Shown: positions 46,590 to 56,058, counted from the first letter of the stretch. The stretch is DNA of 56,313 nucleotides from an uncultured Gemmatimonadaceae bacterium (GCA_964384585.1 CAYLME010000004.1:1-56313); one strand, 5' to 3'. Made by a program: numbers and translations. Notes: generated by a model from the sequence alone, not told the origin.

Positions 46590-47708
46590 ATGGACCCGGT
46601 TCGTCTGTTCGCAATCGCGCGCAAGGAATGGCTTCAGCTACGCCGCGACCGGCGCAGCATGATCCTGGCGTTCGTACTGCCGGTCTTCATGCTCCTGTTC
46701 TTCGGCTACGCGATCTCGTGGGACATCGACGACATCCCGCTCGCGGTTCTGGACCAGGACCACTCCCGCGCGAGCCGTGACCTGGTCGAAACGCTGACGG
46801 CCGGCGAGCTGTTCCACGTGTCGGAGTACATCGATCACCACGGCGACGCTGACGAACCGATCCGCACGGGCGCCGCGCGCGCAGTGCTCGTGATTCCACC
46901 GGGGTTCCAGCGTGACATCGCGGCGGGCGGGCCCGCGCCCGTGCAGCTGCTGCTGGACGGCGCCGACGCGAACACCGCCACGATCGCGCTCAACTATGCC
47001 GACGCGATCGTCGCGCAGCACTCGCAGGCGATCCTGCTGCAGGGCCGGCGCGTGCAGCCGCCGCTCCAGGCAGACAGCCGCGTGTGGTACAACCCGACGC
47101 TCGAAAGCCGGAACATGATCGTGCCGTCGCTCATCGCGGTGATCATGTCGATCATCGCCGCGATGCTCACAGCGCTCACGATCGCGCGCGAGTGGGAGCG
47201 TGGCACGATGGAGCAGCTCGCGGCCACGCCCGTGCACCGTCTCGAGGTCGTGCTCGGAAAGCTGCTGCCGTATGTACTGATCGGCGTGCTCGACGTGACC
47301 GTTGCGGCGATCGCGGGCATCGTCGTGTTCGGTGTGCCGTTCCGGGGCAGCGTCCTGCTGCTCGGCGTGATGACGCTGCTGTTCCTGGCGGGCGCGCTCG
47401 GCCTCGGCCTGTTCATCTCGGCCGCACTCCGCTCGCAGGTGCTCGCGATGCAGGTCGCGATGGTCGCGACATACCTGCCGGCGCTCCTGCTCTCCGGGTT
47501 CCTGTTCGACATCGCGAGCATGCCCGTGGTGCTGCGCGCCGTGACGACGATCGTGCCCGCACGCTACTTCGTCACGGTCACACGCGGCATCTTCCTCAAG
47601 GGCGTGGGCATCGAAGTGCTGTGGGCGCAGGCGCTGTCGATGGTCGCCTTCGCAGCGCTCGGTCTCGGCCTCGCCGCGGCCGCGTTCCGCAAGCAGATCG
47701 CACGATGA
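46590..47708 (+). CDS. ABC-2 type transporter permease
   Basis: ATG 46590. MDPVRLFAIARKEWLQLRRDRRSMILAFVLPVFMLLFFGYA, a large extracytoplasmic loop, and five C-terminal TM segments. Confidence 0.85.
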   Translation: MDPVRLFAIARKEWLQLRRDRRSMILAFVLPVFMLLFFGYAISWDIDDIPLAVLDQDHSRASRDLVETLTAGELFHVSEYIDHHGDADEPIRTGAARAVLVIPPGFQRDIAAGGPAPVQLLLDGADANTATIALNYADAIVAQHSQAILLQGRRVQPPLQADSRVWYNPTLESRNMIVPSLIAVIMSIIAAMLTALTIAREWERGTMEQLAATPVHRLEVVLGKLLPYVLIGVLDVTVAAIAGIVVFGVPFRGSVLLLGVMTLLFLAGALGLGLFISAALRSQVLAMQVAMVATYLPALLLSGFLFDIASMPVVLRAVTTIVPARYFVTVTRGIFLKGVGIEVLWAQALSMVAFAALGLGLAAAAFRKQIAR

Positions 47709-48814
47709 ACATCTCCTGGCCGCGCGTCCGCAGCCTGCTGCGCAAGGAATGGCGCCAGCTCTTCCGTGATCCGCGCTCCAAGCGCGTCGTGTTCGCGTCG
47801 CCGATCCTGCAGCTCGTGCTCTTCGGCTACGCAGTGAACACCGATGTGAACAACACGTCGATGTTCGTGGTCGATCACGATGTGACTGCCGAGAGTCGCG
47901 CGCTCGTGGATGCGTTCACTGCCGCCGGCTGGTTCCGTGTCACTGGCACATCCGACCGCTCCGCCGATCTGTTGTATGCGCTCGATCGCGGGACGGCGCG
48001 CATCGCCATCGAGATCCCGCCCGGCTTCAGCCAGCGGCTGAGCACGGGCAACGCCCGCGTGCAGGTCCTCGTGGACGGCACCAACTCGAACACCGCCACG
48101 GTCGCGCAGGGCTATGCCGCACGCATCATCCAGCAGTTCGGTGCGCAGTACGCGCCGGCAGACGCGCCCGCAGGCATCGACCTGCGCGCGCGCGCCTGGT
48201 ACAACCCGGACCTCGAGAGCAGGGTCTACAACATTCCGGCCGTCGTCGGCACGATCCTCATGCTCATGTCGCTGCTGCTCACCGCACTCGCCGTCGTCCG
48301 CGAGCGCGAGCTGGGCACGCTCGACCAGCTGATGGTGAGCCCGCTCACGCCGGGCGAGCTCGTACTCGGCAAGACACTGCCGGTCGTGGCGATCGCGCTC
48401 ATCGACCTCGTTCTGGTCGTCGCCGTCTCACTGCTGGTGTTCGACATTCCGTTCCGCGGTTCTGCACTCGCACTGCTCGTTGCGTCCATCGTCTACATCG
48501 TGGGCGCGCTCGGTATCGGCCTCTTCATTTCGACCGTCTCGACGACGCAGCAGGAAGCATTCATGGCCATGTTCCTGTTCTTCCTGCCGACCGCGATCCT
48601 CTCGGGCTTCATGTACCCGGTCCACACGATGCCCGAGTTCTTCCAGGCGATCACGCTGCTCAACCCGCTGCGCCACTTCCTCGTGATCGTGCGCGGCATC
48701 TTCCTGAAAGGCGACGGCCTGCTCCAGATCCTGCCCGAGCTCGGCGTGCTCACACTCATGGCCGTCGGCGTCATGTGGCTCGCCGTGCGTCGCTTCGCGC
48801 GACACGTGGCATGA
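47705..48814 (+). CDS. ABC-2 type transporter permease (paralog)
   Basis: ATG 47705 overlaps the upstream stop (ATGA). LLRKEWRQLFRDPRSKRVVFASPILQLVLFGYA. Same architecture as the preceding gene. Confidence 0.85.
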   Translation: MNISWPRVRSLLRKEWRQLFRDPRSKRVVFASPILQLVLFGYAVNTDVNNTSMFVVDHDVTAESRALVDAFTAAGWFRVTGTSDRSADLLYALDRGTARIAIEIPPGFSQRLSTGNARVQVLVDGTNSNTATVAQGYAARIIQQFGAQYAPADAPAGIDLRARAWYNPDLESRVYNIPAVVGTILMLMSLLLTALAVVRERELGTLDQLMVSPLTPGELVLGKTLPVVAIALIDLVLVVAVSLLVFDIPFRGSALALLVASIVYIVGALGIGLFISTVSTTQQEAFMAMFLFFLPTAILSGFMYPVHTMPEFFQAITLLNPLRHFLVIVRGIFLKGDGLLQILPELGVLTLMAVGVMWLAVRRFARHVA

Positions 48815-48884
48815 CCGGTATGGTTCTTGACACCCCGGGAAGGAGAGCATGCAGTCATGACCCGCACTCGAAACGGAGGATGAC

Positions 48885-49058
48885 ATGGGCAGTATTCTGA
48901 CACTCGCACTCGTGCTTCTGGCCCTGTGGGTCGTCGTCAACGTCGTGTTCGGCGTCGTGAACTTCCTCGTCCACGTGCTCCTGCTGGTCGGCGCCGTGCT
49001 GTTCCTCGTCTGGCTGTTCCGCAAGGTGACCGGCCGCGACAGCGAACCCACCCTGTGA
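48885..49058 (+). CDS. Small hydrophobic membrane protein, 57 aa
   Basis: Below the track's size cutoff. ATG 48885 lies 4 nt after GGAGGA. MGSILTLALVLLALWVVVNVVFGVVNFLVHVLLLVGAVLFLVWLFRKVTGRDSEPTL (two predicted TM helices). The stop overlaps the arfB GTG (GTGA). Confidence 0.5.
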   Translation: MGSILTLALVLLALWVVVNVVFGVVNFLVHVLLLVGAVLFLVWLFRKVTGRDSEPTL

Positions 49059-49486
49059 GCGACGACGTCCTGCGAATCGCCGGCGGCGTCACCGTGCCGC
49101 GCAGTGAGCTGACCTTTCGTGCCACGCGTGGTGGCGGCCCCGGTGGTCAGCACGTCAACACCTCCGCGACCCGCGTCGAGCTGACGTGGGACATCGCGAA
49201 TTCCGCGGCGCTGGACGATACCCAGCGCGCCCGCGTTCTCGAGAAGCTCGCCAACCGCATCGACGAGCGCGGCACACTGCGCCTCGTCGCCAGCGAGAGC
49301 CGCAGCCAGCACCAGAATCGCGAAGCCGTAACCGCTCGCTTCCAGGATCTTCTCGCCTGGGCGCTGCGCGTGCCGAAGCCACGCAAGCGCACGCGGCCGC
49401 CGAAGGCGTCGAAGGAGAATCGACTGCAGCAGAAGAAACACCGCAGTGACCTGAAGAAGCAGCGTTCGCGCGTGGATTACGAGTAG
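49055..49486 (+). CDS. arfB: Alternative ribosome-rescue factor ArfB (peptidyl-tRNA hydrolase, GGQ)
   Basis: GTG 49055. RGGGPGGQHVNTSATRVEL (GGQ motif), ESRSQHQNRE, and a basic C-terminal tail KPRKRTRPPKASKENRLQQKKHRSDLKKQRSR. Confidence 0.85.
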   Translation: MSDDVLRIAGGVTVPRSELTFRATRGGGPGGQHVNTSATRVELTWDIANSAALDDTQRARVLEKLANRIDERGTLRLVASESRSQHQNREAVTARFQDLLAWALRVPKPRKRTRPPKASKENRLQQKKHRSDLKKQRSRVDYE

Positions 49487-49612
49487 GCCGTTGCCGGAGG
49501 TAAGCCAACTCCTGACAACCGATGCAGTCACTCCCTGACTGTCGCCGACCCGGCAACTCCCATCTTGAGCAAGCGCAAGAGCGATCGTCCCCCGAACCAC
49601 CAAACGATCGGC

Positions 49613-50848
49613 ATGGCTCATCCACACCGGCATGGCGGCAATGGCAATGGCAATGGCCGCCCTCGTGTAGACTTCGACCAGGCACCGTTCCTGGTCATCT
49701 GGGAAACCACCCAGGCCTGCGGTCTCGCCTGCAAGCACTGCCGCGCTTCGGCAGTACCGGACCGACACCCTGACGAGCTGACGACCGACGAAGCGAAGGC
49801 GATGCTGAAGCGCATTCGCGACTTCGGTCCGATCATCTTCGTCTTCAGCGGCGGCGACTGCATGCGCCGGCCCGACATCGTCGAGCTGGTCGAGTACGGC
49901 GCGAACCTGGGTCTGCGCATGGCGGCGACGCCCGCGACAACCGATCTGACCGACCGCGCGATGCTGCAGCGGCTGAAGGATGCGGGTCTCTCGCGCGTCG
50001 CCGTCTCACTCGACGGCTCGAACCCTGACATCCACGACGCGTTCCGGCGCGTCGAGGGCAGCTTCGATGCGGGGCTGCGCATCCTGCGCGACTCGCAGGC
50101 GATCGGCATGACGACACAGGTGAACACCGTCATCGGTCGCCACAACCTCGACGACATCGACAGCCTGATGCGGCTGATGACCGATGTCGGCATCGTGTTC
50201 TGGGAAGTCTTCTTCCTCGTGCCGATGGGCCGCGCAAAGCCGGAAGACGTCGCGAGTGCGGAAGAGTTCGAGAAGGTCTTCCACAAGCTCTACGACCTGT
50301 CGAAGACGGCGCCCTTCGACATCAAGGCAACGGCGGCGCCGCAGTACGCGCGGGTGGTGCTCGAACGCCAGGTGGCCGAGCGACGCAATGGGGAACGTAC
50401 TGCGGCTCCGTCGCCGCTCACGTCAGGACTGCATCATTCGGAGAAGGACGGGATCGGTCGCGCACGCGGCGTGAACGACGGCGACGGTTTCATGTTCGTC
50501 AGCCATCTCGGGGACATCTACCCGTCGGGCTTCCTCCCAGTCTCGGCCGGGAATGTTCGCACGGATGACCTGGTGGACGTATACCGCAACGCCCCGCTGT
50601 TCCGCCGCCTGCGCGATCGCACCCAGCTCAAGGGCAAGTGCAACGTCTGCGAGTACCGCCCCGTCTGCGGCGGCAGCCGCGCACGCGCCTACGCCATGAC
50701 CGGCGACTACATGGAAGCCGAGCCGTTCTGCGCCCACGTCCCCCCGAAGTGGCAGCGCATGATCGACGGCGGCCTCGTCGAAGACACGGACACCTACTTC
50801 TCGCGCCGCAACCGCTGGACGCGCGGCCTGCCCGTGCACCAGACCTGA
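49613..50848 (+). CDS. Radical SAM / SPASM domain protein (NirJ/AhbD-like)
   Basis: Cluster motif ETTQACGLACKHCRA (CxxxCxxC). GDGFMFVSHLGDIYPSGFLP. SPASM cysteines KGKCNVCEYRPVCGGSRARAY...FC. ATG 49613 chosen; the track starts at TTG 49565. N-terminus MAHPHRHGGNGNGNG. Confidence 0.85.
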   Translation: MAHPHRHGGNGNGNGRPRVDFDQAPFLVIWETTQACGLACKHCRASAVPDRHPDELTTDEAKAMLKRIRDFGPIIFVFSGGDCMRRPDIVELVEYGANLGLRMAATPATTDLTDRAMLQRLKDAGLSRVAVSLDGSNPDIHDAFRRVEGSFDAGLRILRDSQAIGMTTQVNTVIGRHNLDDIDSLMRLMTDVGIVFWEVFFLVPMGRAKPEDVASAEEFEKVFHKLYDLSKTAPFDIKATAAPQYARVVLERQVAERRNGERTAAPSPLTSGLHHSEKDGIGRARGVNDGDGFMFVSHLGDIYPSGFLPVSAGNVRTDDLVDVYRNAPLFRRLRDRTQLKGKCNVCEYRPVCGGSRARAYAMTGDYMEAEPFCAHVPPKWQRMIDGGLVEDTDTYFSRRNRWTRGLPVHQT

Positions 50849-50854
50849 TTCATC

Positions 50855-50923
50855 GGCGGTGTCCGGCACGCATCACCCTTACTGCTGGGGGAGCAATAAG
50901 GGCTCGAGCGTGCCGGCACCGCC
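50855..50923. terminator. Long composite hairpin between convergent genes
   Basis: Outer stem ggcggtgtccggcacgc / gcgtgccggcaccgcc (16 bp, one bulged T) encloses inner stems ccctta/taaggg and tgct/agca around a ggggg loop. Starts 7 nt after stop 50848. Confidence 0.5.
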
Positions 50924-50929
50924 AATGTT

Positions 50930-51394
50930 TCAATCCTGCGCCCGCCCCGTAACCTCCCCGACCACCATCCTCAGAACCCGAAACCCCTGCCCTCTCAACC
51001 CCGCCATGCTCCCTCCCGACCGCGTAGCAATCCCCGGATACTGCGCGCGGATCACGGCGATGGCCGCCTGCATGCCGTCGTCGTCATCGATGAAGTCGGC
51101 CAATCCGAACGCGAGCACGCTGCGCCACGTCTTCGCCATCTGCTCGACCTCGACGATGTTCATGCACACGCGCGGGTTCGCGTCGATGTTCGCGAGCTTG
51201 CGACCGTCGCGCAGCACGGAATAGAACGCGCCGTCATAGCCGTAGATGATCGGCACCGCGTATGGCTGGCCGTCCGCGTCCACGGTGGACAGCACACCCC
51301 AGTAGTTGCGGCCGATCACCGCGGTGATCTCGTCGGCGTCCAGCACACGCGCCGCGCCGCGTCGCCCACCACCGCCGCCTTCCGACTCAGTCAC
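50930..51394 (-). CDS. Pyridoxamine 5'-phosphate oxidase-like (split-barrel flavin-binding) family protein
   Basis: ITAVIGRNYWGVLSTVDADGQPYAVPIIYGYDGAFYSVLRDGRKLANIDANPRVCMNI is typical of the Pyridox_ox_2/NimA-like family. Start GTG 51394 lies 6 nt after GGAGG; the track start GTG 51400 abuts the SD. Confidence 0.8.
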   Translation of the reverse strand: MTESEGGGGGRRGAARVLDADEITAVIGRNYWGVLSTVDADGQPYAVPIIYGYDGAFYSVLRDGRKLANIDANPRVCMNIVEVEQMAKTWRSVLAFGLADFIDDDDGMQAAIAVIRAQYPGIATRSGGSMAGLRGQGFRVLRMVVGEVTGRAQD

Positions 51395-51529
51395 GAGCAC
51401 CCTCCAGGAAATGAAGCATCAGGGCCGTGTAACGCCCGGGCCGCATCAATACGCCGACACGGCAGAGCATCGCAAGCGACGTTCACGCCTCTGGCACGCA
51501 GCGCGGGATTCCGTTTTCTTCCACGCCGC

Positions 51530-52903
51530 ATGAGCCGATCCGAATATTTCACAGAACTTCGCTCGCTGCTGCGTCTGGCCGGCCCGATCATCGTGAGCCA
51601 GGTCGGCCAGGTCGGCATGAACACGACCGATACGATCATGGTCGGTCCGCTCGGTGCCACGCCGCTCGCCGCGGCCGGCCTCGGCTCCGCCATCCACACG
51701 TTCTTCGTCACGATCTCCGTCGGCGTCATCATCGGCATGGCGCCGCTGATCAGCCAGGCGTCCGGCGCCGGAGACACGCTGCAGACCCGGCGCACGTTCG
51801 TGCAGGGCGCCTGGCTCGCGGCACTGCTCAGCATCCCCGTCATCATCGTGTCGCTCGCCGGCCACGAGCTGTCACTCATGCTCGGCCAGGCACCCGAAGT
51901 CGCGGCGGCGGCCGGCGCCTACCTGCGTGCGCTGGCGGGCTCCGTGCCCGCCGTCTTCCTGTTCATGGTCTACCGCCAGTACCTGGAAGGGCAGGGCTTC
52001 GCGCGCCCCGCAATGGCGTTCACGTTCCTCGGCCTCGGCCTCAACGTCATCGCGAACTACGTGTTCATCCATGGCGTCGGCGACGTCATCCCCGCGATGG
52101 GCCTCGTCGGCAGCGGCTACGCGACTACGCTCGTGCGCTGGGTGATGGTGCTCGGCCTCGTGGTCTACCTCACGACGCGCGCGGACCTGCACCCCTTCCG
52201 CAACGTGAGGCGTCGGCCGGACCCCGTACTGCTCGGCCGCATCATCACGATCGGTGCACCGGTCGGCACGCAGTTCGGTCTCGAGGTCGGGCTGTTCGCC
52301 TTCGGCGCGGTCATGATGGGATGGGTCGGTCCGCTCGAGCTCGCAGCGCATCAGGTCACGCTCAACATCGCCGCGACCACCTTCATGGTCGCACTCGGCG
52401 TCTCCCTCGCCGGCTCCATCCACGTCGGGCAGCACATCGGCGCCGGCCGCATGAACGCCATGCGACGTACCGTACTCGCGACCTACACGCTCGCCCTCGG
52501 CTTCATGAGCATCTGCGCGCTCCTCTTCCTGCTTGCGGGCGAATCCCTGATCGGCCTCTACACGAGCGACCCCGCGATCGTTGCGCTCGGCGCACAACTG
52601 CTCATGGTCGCCGCCGCCTTCCAGGTCTTCGACGGTGCCCAGGTCGCCGGTGTCAGCGTCCTGCGCGGCGCTGCCGACACCCGCGTCCCGATGATCGTCT
52701 GCGCCATCGGCTACTGGGGCATCGGCGTCCCGGTCGGCCTCATGCTCGGTTTCCGCACCGCCCTCGGCCCCATCGGCGTCTGGATCGGCCTGTCCGCCGG
52801 CCTTGGCGCCGTCGCGATCATGCTTGGACTGCGCGTGCGCCGGATGCTGTGGCACGGGCGGGTGCGGCAGATCGTGGGAGCGCCGCCGGTTGCGGGTGGG
52901 TGA
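51530..52903 (+). CDS. MATE family efflux transporter (NorM-like)
   Basis: LRSLLRLAGPIIVSQVGQVGMNTTDTIMVGPLG and twelve hydrophobic segments. Confidence 0.9.
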   Translation: MSRSEYFTELRSLLRLAGPIIVSQVGQVGMNTTDTIMVGPLGATPLAAAGLGSAIHTFFVTISVGVIIGMAPLISQASGAGDTLQTRRTFVQGAWLAALLSIPVIIVSLAGHELSLMLGQAPEVAAAAGAYLRALAGSVPAVFLFMVYRQYLEGQGFARPAMAFTFLGLGLNVIANYVFIHGVGDVIPAMGLVGSGYATTLVRWVMVLGLVVYLTTRADLHPFRNVRRRPDPVLLGRIITIGAPVGTQFGLEVGLFAFGAVMMGWVGPLELAAHQVTLNIAATTFMVALGVSLAGSIHVGQHIGAGRMNAMRRTVLATYTLALGFMSICALLFLLAGESLIGLYTSDPAIVALGAQLLMVAAAFQVFDGAQVAGVSVLRGAADTRVPMIVCAIGYWGIGVPVGLMLGFRTALGPIGVWIGLSAGLGAVAIMLGLRVRRMLWHGRVRQIVGAPPVAGG

Positions 52904-53036
52904 ACTGCAACGAAAGCGGGCCTCGCCCACCCCCGCCGCCCGCCACCCGCCGTTCAAGGCAGTGCAGAAACCGCCCGCAACCCGGCCCCGTACGATCCCA
53001 AAGCCCGACCAGCGCCCTCAAACCGAGCCGCACACA

Positions 53037-55439
53037 ATGAACGACCTCAAAGTAGGCCTTCGCGTCCTCCGCAAGGATCCGGGCCCTTCGCTCTTCGCCG
53101 TCCTTGCGCTCACGCTCGGCATCGGCCTGACGGTCATGATGTTCAGCATCATCTATGGCGCCGTCATGCGTGGGCTGCCGTTCGAGCGGTCCGACCGGAT
53201 CGTCCATCTCGAGCGCGCACACCTCGCGCGTGGCATCGAAAGCATGGAGGTATCGATCCACGATTACACGGACTGGCGGGCGATGCAGCGCCAGTCGTTC
53301 GTGGAGCTCGGTGCATTCTATTCCGGCACCATCAATGTCGCGGACACCGGGATGCCGGAGCGCTACGACGGCGCGTTCATGACGCCGTCCACGTTCTCGG
53401 TGCTCGGTGTCCGTCCGCTGATCGGCCGGCTGTTCCGTGAAGAGGAGACATCGACTGCGGAGCCGATGGTCGTGCTCATCGGGTATCGCACCTGGCAGGA
53501 CCGCTACGAAGGTGACCAGTCCATCGTCGGGCGCGTGATCCGCGTGAACGGTGAGCCGGCCACCATCGTGGGTGTGATGCCCGAGGACTTCCTGTTCCCG
53601 TACCAGCAGCAGGTGTGGGTACCGCTCCGGCTCGATCCTGTTGCGCTACCGCGCGGCGAGGGGACCACGATGGAGGTCATCGGCCGGCTGCGTGACGGTG
53701 TGACGATCGATCGCGCGATGATCGAGTTCACCGGCATCACGCAGCGGCTCGCGACGGACTACCCGCAGACGAATGCCGGCATCACGCCGATCATCAAGCC
53801 GTTTACCGAGGAGTACATCGGTGAAGAGCCGATCCGGATGCTGTACACGATGCTTGCGGCGGTCTTCTTCGTGCTGCTGATCGCGTGTGCGAACGTCGCG
53901 AACCTGCTGATGAGCCGTGCCGCGACGCGTACCAAGGAAGTCGGCATCCGTACCGCGCTGGGCGCTTCGAAGCGGCGCATCGTCGGGCAGTTCATGACCG
54001 AGGCGTTCCTGCTCGCATTCATCGGGATGCTGCTCGGTCTGGCCCTCGCATGGATCGGCGTCCGGACCTTCGGCGCGGCCATCGCCGACACGAATCCGCC
54101 GTACTGGATCGACGTCCGCATCGACGGCGTCGCGGTTCTGTTCGCGCTCGTGCTCGCCGGTATCGCCGCGCTGGTCGCAGGCGCGATCCCCGCCTGGCAC
54201 GCAGCGCGCGCGAACGTGAACGAAATCCTGAAGGACGAGAGCCGCGGCTCCTCCAGCTTCCGGCTGGGACGCGTGAGCAAGGCGATCGTCGTATTCGAGA
54301 TCGCGCTCTCCTGCGGATTGCTCGTCACGTCCGGGCTGATGATCAAGAGCGTGGCACAGCTCAAGACCGTCGACTTCAATTTCCCGACGGAGATCTTCAC
54401 CGCGCGGATTGGCCTGATGGACGCGGCGTACCCCGACTCCGTCGCACGCTGGAACATGCAGCGCGAGCTGCACCAGCGGCTGCAGCAGATCCCGGAGATC
54501 GAAAGCGCGACACTCCTCACCTCGCTGCCGGCCCTCGGCTCGGGCGGGCTGAACGTCCGCGTCGAGGGCGTCGATTACGACCTGGACGGCGAACTGCCGT
54601 TTGCCCGCGGCAACACGATCGCGACGAACTACTTCGAGACGTTCCAGGTGCCGCTGGTCGAGGGACGCGCGTTCGGCGAACAGGATCGCGCCGGCGTGCC
54701 GGGCGTTGCGATCGTGAACCAGGCGTTCGTGACGAAATACTTCAATCGTGAATCGGCGATCGGCAGGCGCGTCCGCTTCGGGCGCGCGCCCGATGCACCA
54801 TGGGTCACGATCGTCGGCGTGGTGCCCGACATGTTCGAGGGCGGCCTCGACTCCGACACACGTGAAGCGGTCTACACGCCGCTCGCACAGGCGCCGCCGC
54901 AGTTCTTCTCGATCGCAGCGCGCACGCGCGGTGAGCCGCTCGCAATCACCCAGAAGGTGCGCGAAGCGGTGATGTCGGTGGACGCGGACCTGCCGATCTA
55001 TTTCGTGCGCACGCTGCAGACCGCGATCGACGGGAACTACTGGTTCTACTCGGTTTTCGGTGTGCTCTTCATGGTCTTCGGCGCAGCCGCACTGTTCCTG
55101 GCCGGCGTCGGACTCTACGGCGTGATGGCGACGTCCGTCGCGCAGCGCACCCGCGAGGTCGGTGTGCGCATGGCCCTCGGCGCACAGGCACGCGACGTCC
55201 TGACGATGATCATGCGGCAGGGCTTCGTCCAGATCGCGATCGGCATCGGCCTGGGGCTCGGCGTTGCCGCAGCCATCGGCAACCTGCTCTCCATGATCCT
55301 CTACGAGGTGAACCCACGCGATCCGGTCGTTTTCACCGCGATCGTCTCGTTCCTCACCGCGGCCGCGCTCCTCGCCTGCTTCGTACCGGCGCGCCGCGCG
55401 ACCCGCGTCGACCCGAACATCGCGCTGCGCGCAGAATGA
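53037..55439 (+). CDS. ADOP-type duplicated FtsX/MacB-like permease (no adjacent ATPase)
   Basis: ATG 53037. MNDLKVGLRVLRKDPGPSLFAVLALTLGIGLTVMMFSI. Two MacB-like periplasmic domains, each followed by an FtsX 3-TM module (TKEVGIRTALGASKRRI and TREVGVRMALGAQARDV). C-terminal ATRVDPNIALRAE. Confidence 0.9.
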   Translation: MNDLKVGLRVLRKDPGPSLFAVLALTLGIGLTVMMFSIIYGAVMRGLPFERSDRIVHLERAHLARGIESMEVSIHDYTDWRAMQRQSFVELGAFYSGTINVADTGMPERYDGAFMTPSTFSVLGVRPLIGRLFREEETSTAEPMVVLIGYRTWQDRYEGDQSIVGRVIRVNGEPATIVGVMPEDFLFPYQQQVWVPLRLDPVALPRGEGTTMEVIGRLRDGVTIDRAMIEFTGITQRLATDYPQTNAGITPIIKPFTEEYIGEEPIRMLYTMLAAVFFVLLIACANVANLLMSRAATRTKEVGIRTALGASKRRIVGQFMTEAFLLAFIGMLLGLALAWIGVRTFGAAIADTNPPYWIDVRIDGVAVLFALVLAGIAALVAGAIPAWHAARANVNEILKDESRGSSSFRLGRVSKAIVVFEIALSCGLLVTSGLMIKSVAQLKTVDFNFPTEIFTARIGLMDAAYPDSVARWNMQRELHQRLQQIPEIESATLLTSLPALGSGGLNVRVEGVDYDLDGELPFARGNTIATNYFETFQVPLVEGRAFGEQDRAGVPGVAIVNQAFVTKYFNRESAIGRRVRFGRAPDAPWVTIVGVVPDMFEGGLDSDTREAVYTPLAQAPPQFFSIAARTRGEPLAITQKVREAVMSVDADLPIYFVRTLQTAIDGNYWFYSVFGVLFMVFGAAALFLAGVGLYGVMATSVAQRTREVGVRMALGAQARDVLTMIMRQGFVQIAIGIGLGLGVAAAIGNLLSMILYEVNPRDPVVFTAIVSFLTAAALLACFVPARRATRVDPNIALRAE

Positions 55440-55445
55440 GCAGCC

Positions 55446-55479
55446 GGCGCGCGGCGGCCCTTACCGGCCGCCGCGCGCC
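55446..55479 (+). terminator. GC hairpin after the permease gene
   Basis: Stem ggcgcgcggcggcc / ggccgccgcgcgcc (14 bp perfect), loop cttacc, starting 7 nt after stop 55439. No U-tract. Confidence 0.5.
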
Positions 55480-55725
55480 CAATGGGTGCGCTCCTCACGG
55501 GCCGCCGCAGGCGGCATGGGTGCGCTCCTCCCGCCCCGTTACATTTCCCCGAAGAATCCGCCAGAATAGCCGTCGCACGGCTCAAACGCGTCAGCCGGTG
55601 GGTGTGAGCCGGGAGGCCGGGCGTCCGGCCGGCCGGGCGATCATTACAAGAACGTAACGGGCGTCGTTGCCGATTCGGGTTATCTTGTGGCCGGCAACGA
55701 CAGGAACGGACCAGACGGGAGACAG

Positions 55726-56058
55726 ATGATCACGCAGGCAGAAGCACGCGCCCGGCTCGAGAAGGAACTGCGTCGTCAGATCCAGACGGTTGCGCGCGGC
55801 GATGACAGCGTCGCCGGCTGGCATGGCGACCGGGCCTCGGATGGTGTGCGTCGTCCCTGGGAGACGATGGACGACCTGGAGCTGACGGGCATGCTGCGCG
55901 ACCTCGGAGCGGGCCGTGCCCGCGACCTTGCCCTTGCCCTGATCCGCGTGGAGAAGGGGACCTACGGTATCTGCGTCCGCTGTGGCGAGACGATCGGCCG
56001 CGAGCGCCTCGATGTCCTGCCCGAGATCGAGACCTGCCGCGCCTGCACCGACAACTGA
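55726..56058 (+). CDS. DksA/TraR-family C4 zinc-finger protein
   Basis: ATG 55726 follows GGGAGA. CVRCGETIGRERLDVLPEIETCRAC (CxxC-17-CxxC). 110 aa. Confidence 0.8.
   Translation: MITQAEARARLEKELRRQIQTVARGDDSVAGWHGDRASDGVRRPWETMDDLELTGMLRDLGAGRARDLALALIRVEKGTYGICVRCGETIGRERLDVLPEIETCRACTDN

Noticed and set aside
48827-48855. TTGACA at 48827-48832, considered as a promoter for the small membrane protein/arfB pair.
   Set aside because: The hexamer 17 nt downstream (TGCAGT) is a poor -10. The genes may simply be read through from the efflux operon. The evidence is insufficient.
49522-49773. 83-aa ORF upstream of and overlapping the radical SAM gene, considered as a RiPP precursor.
   Set aside because: It overlaps the rSAM coding frame for most of its length and has an Arg/Pro/Gly-rich composition (including WRQWQWQW, derived from the GGNGNGNG codons). 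It has no SD and no leader/core organisation.
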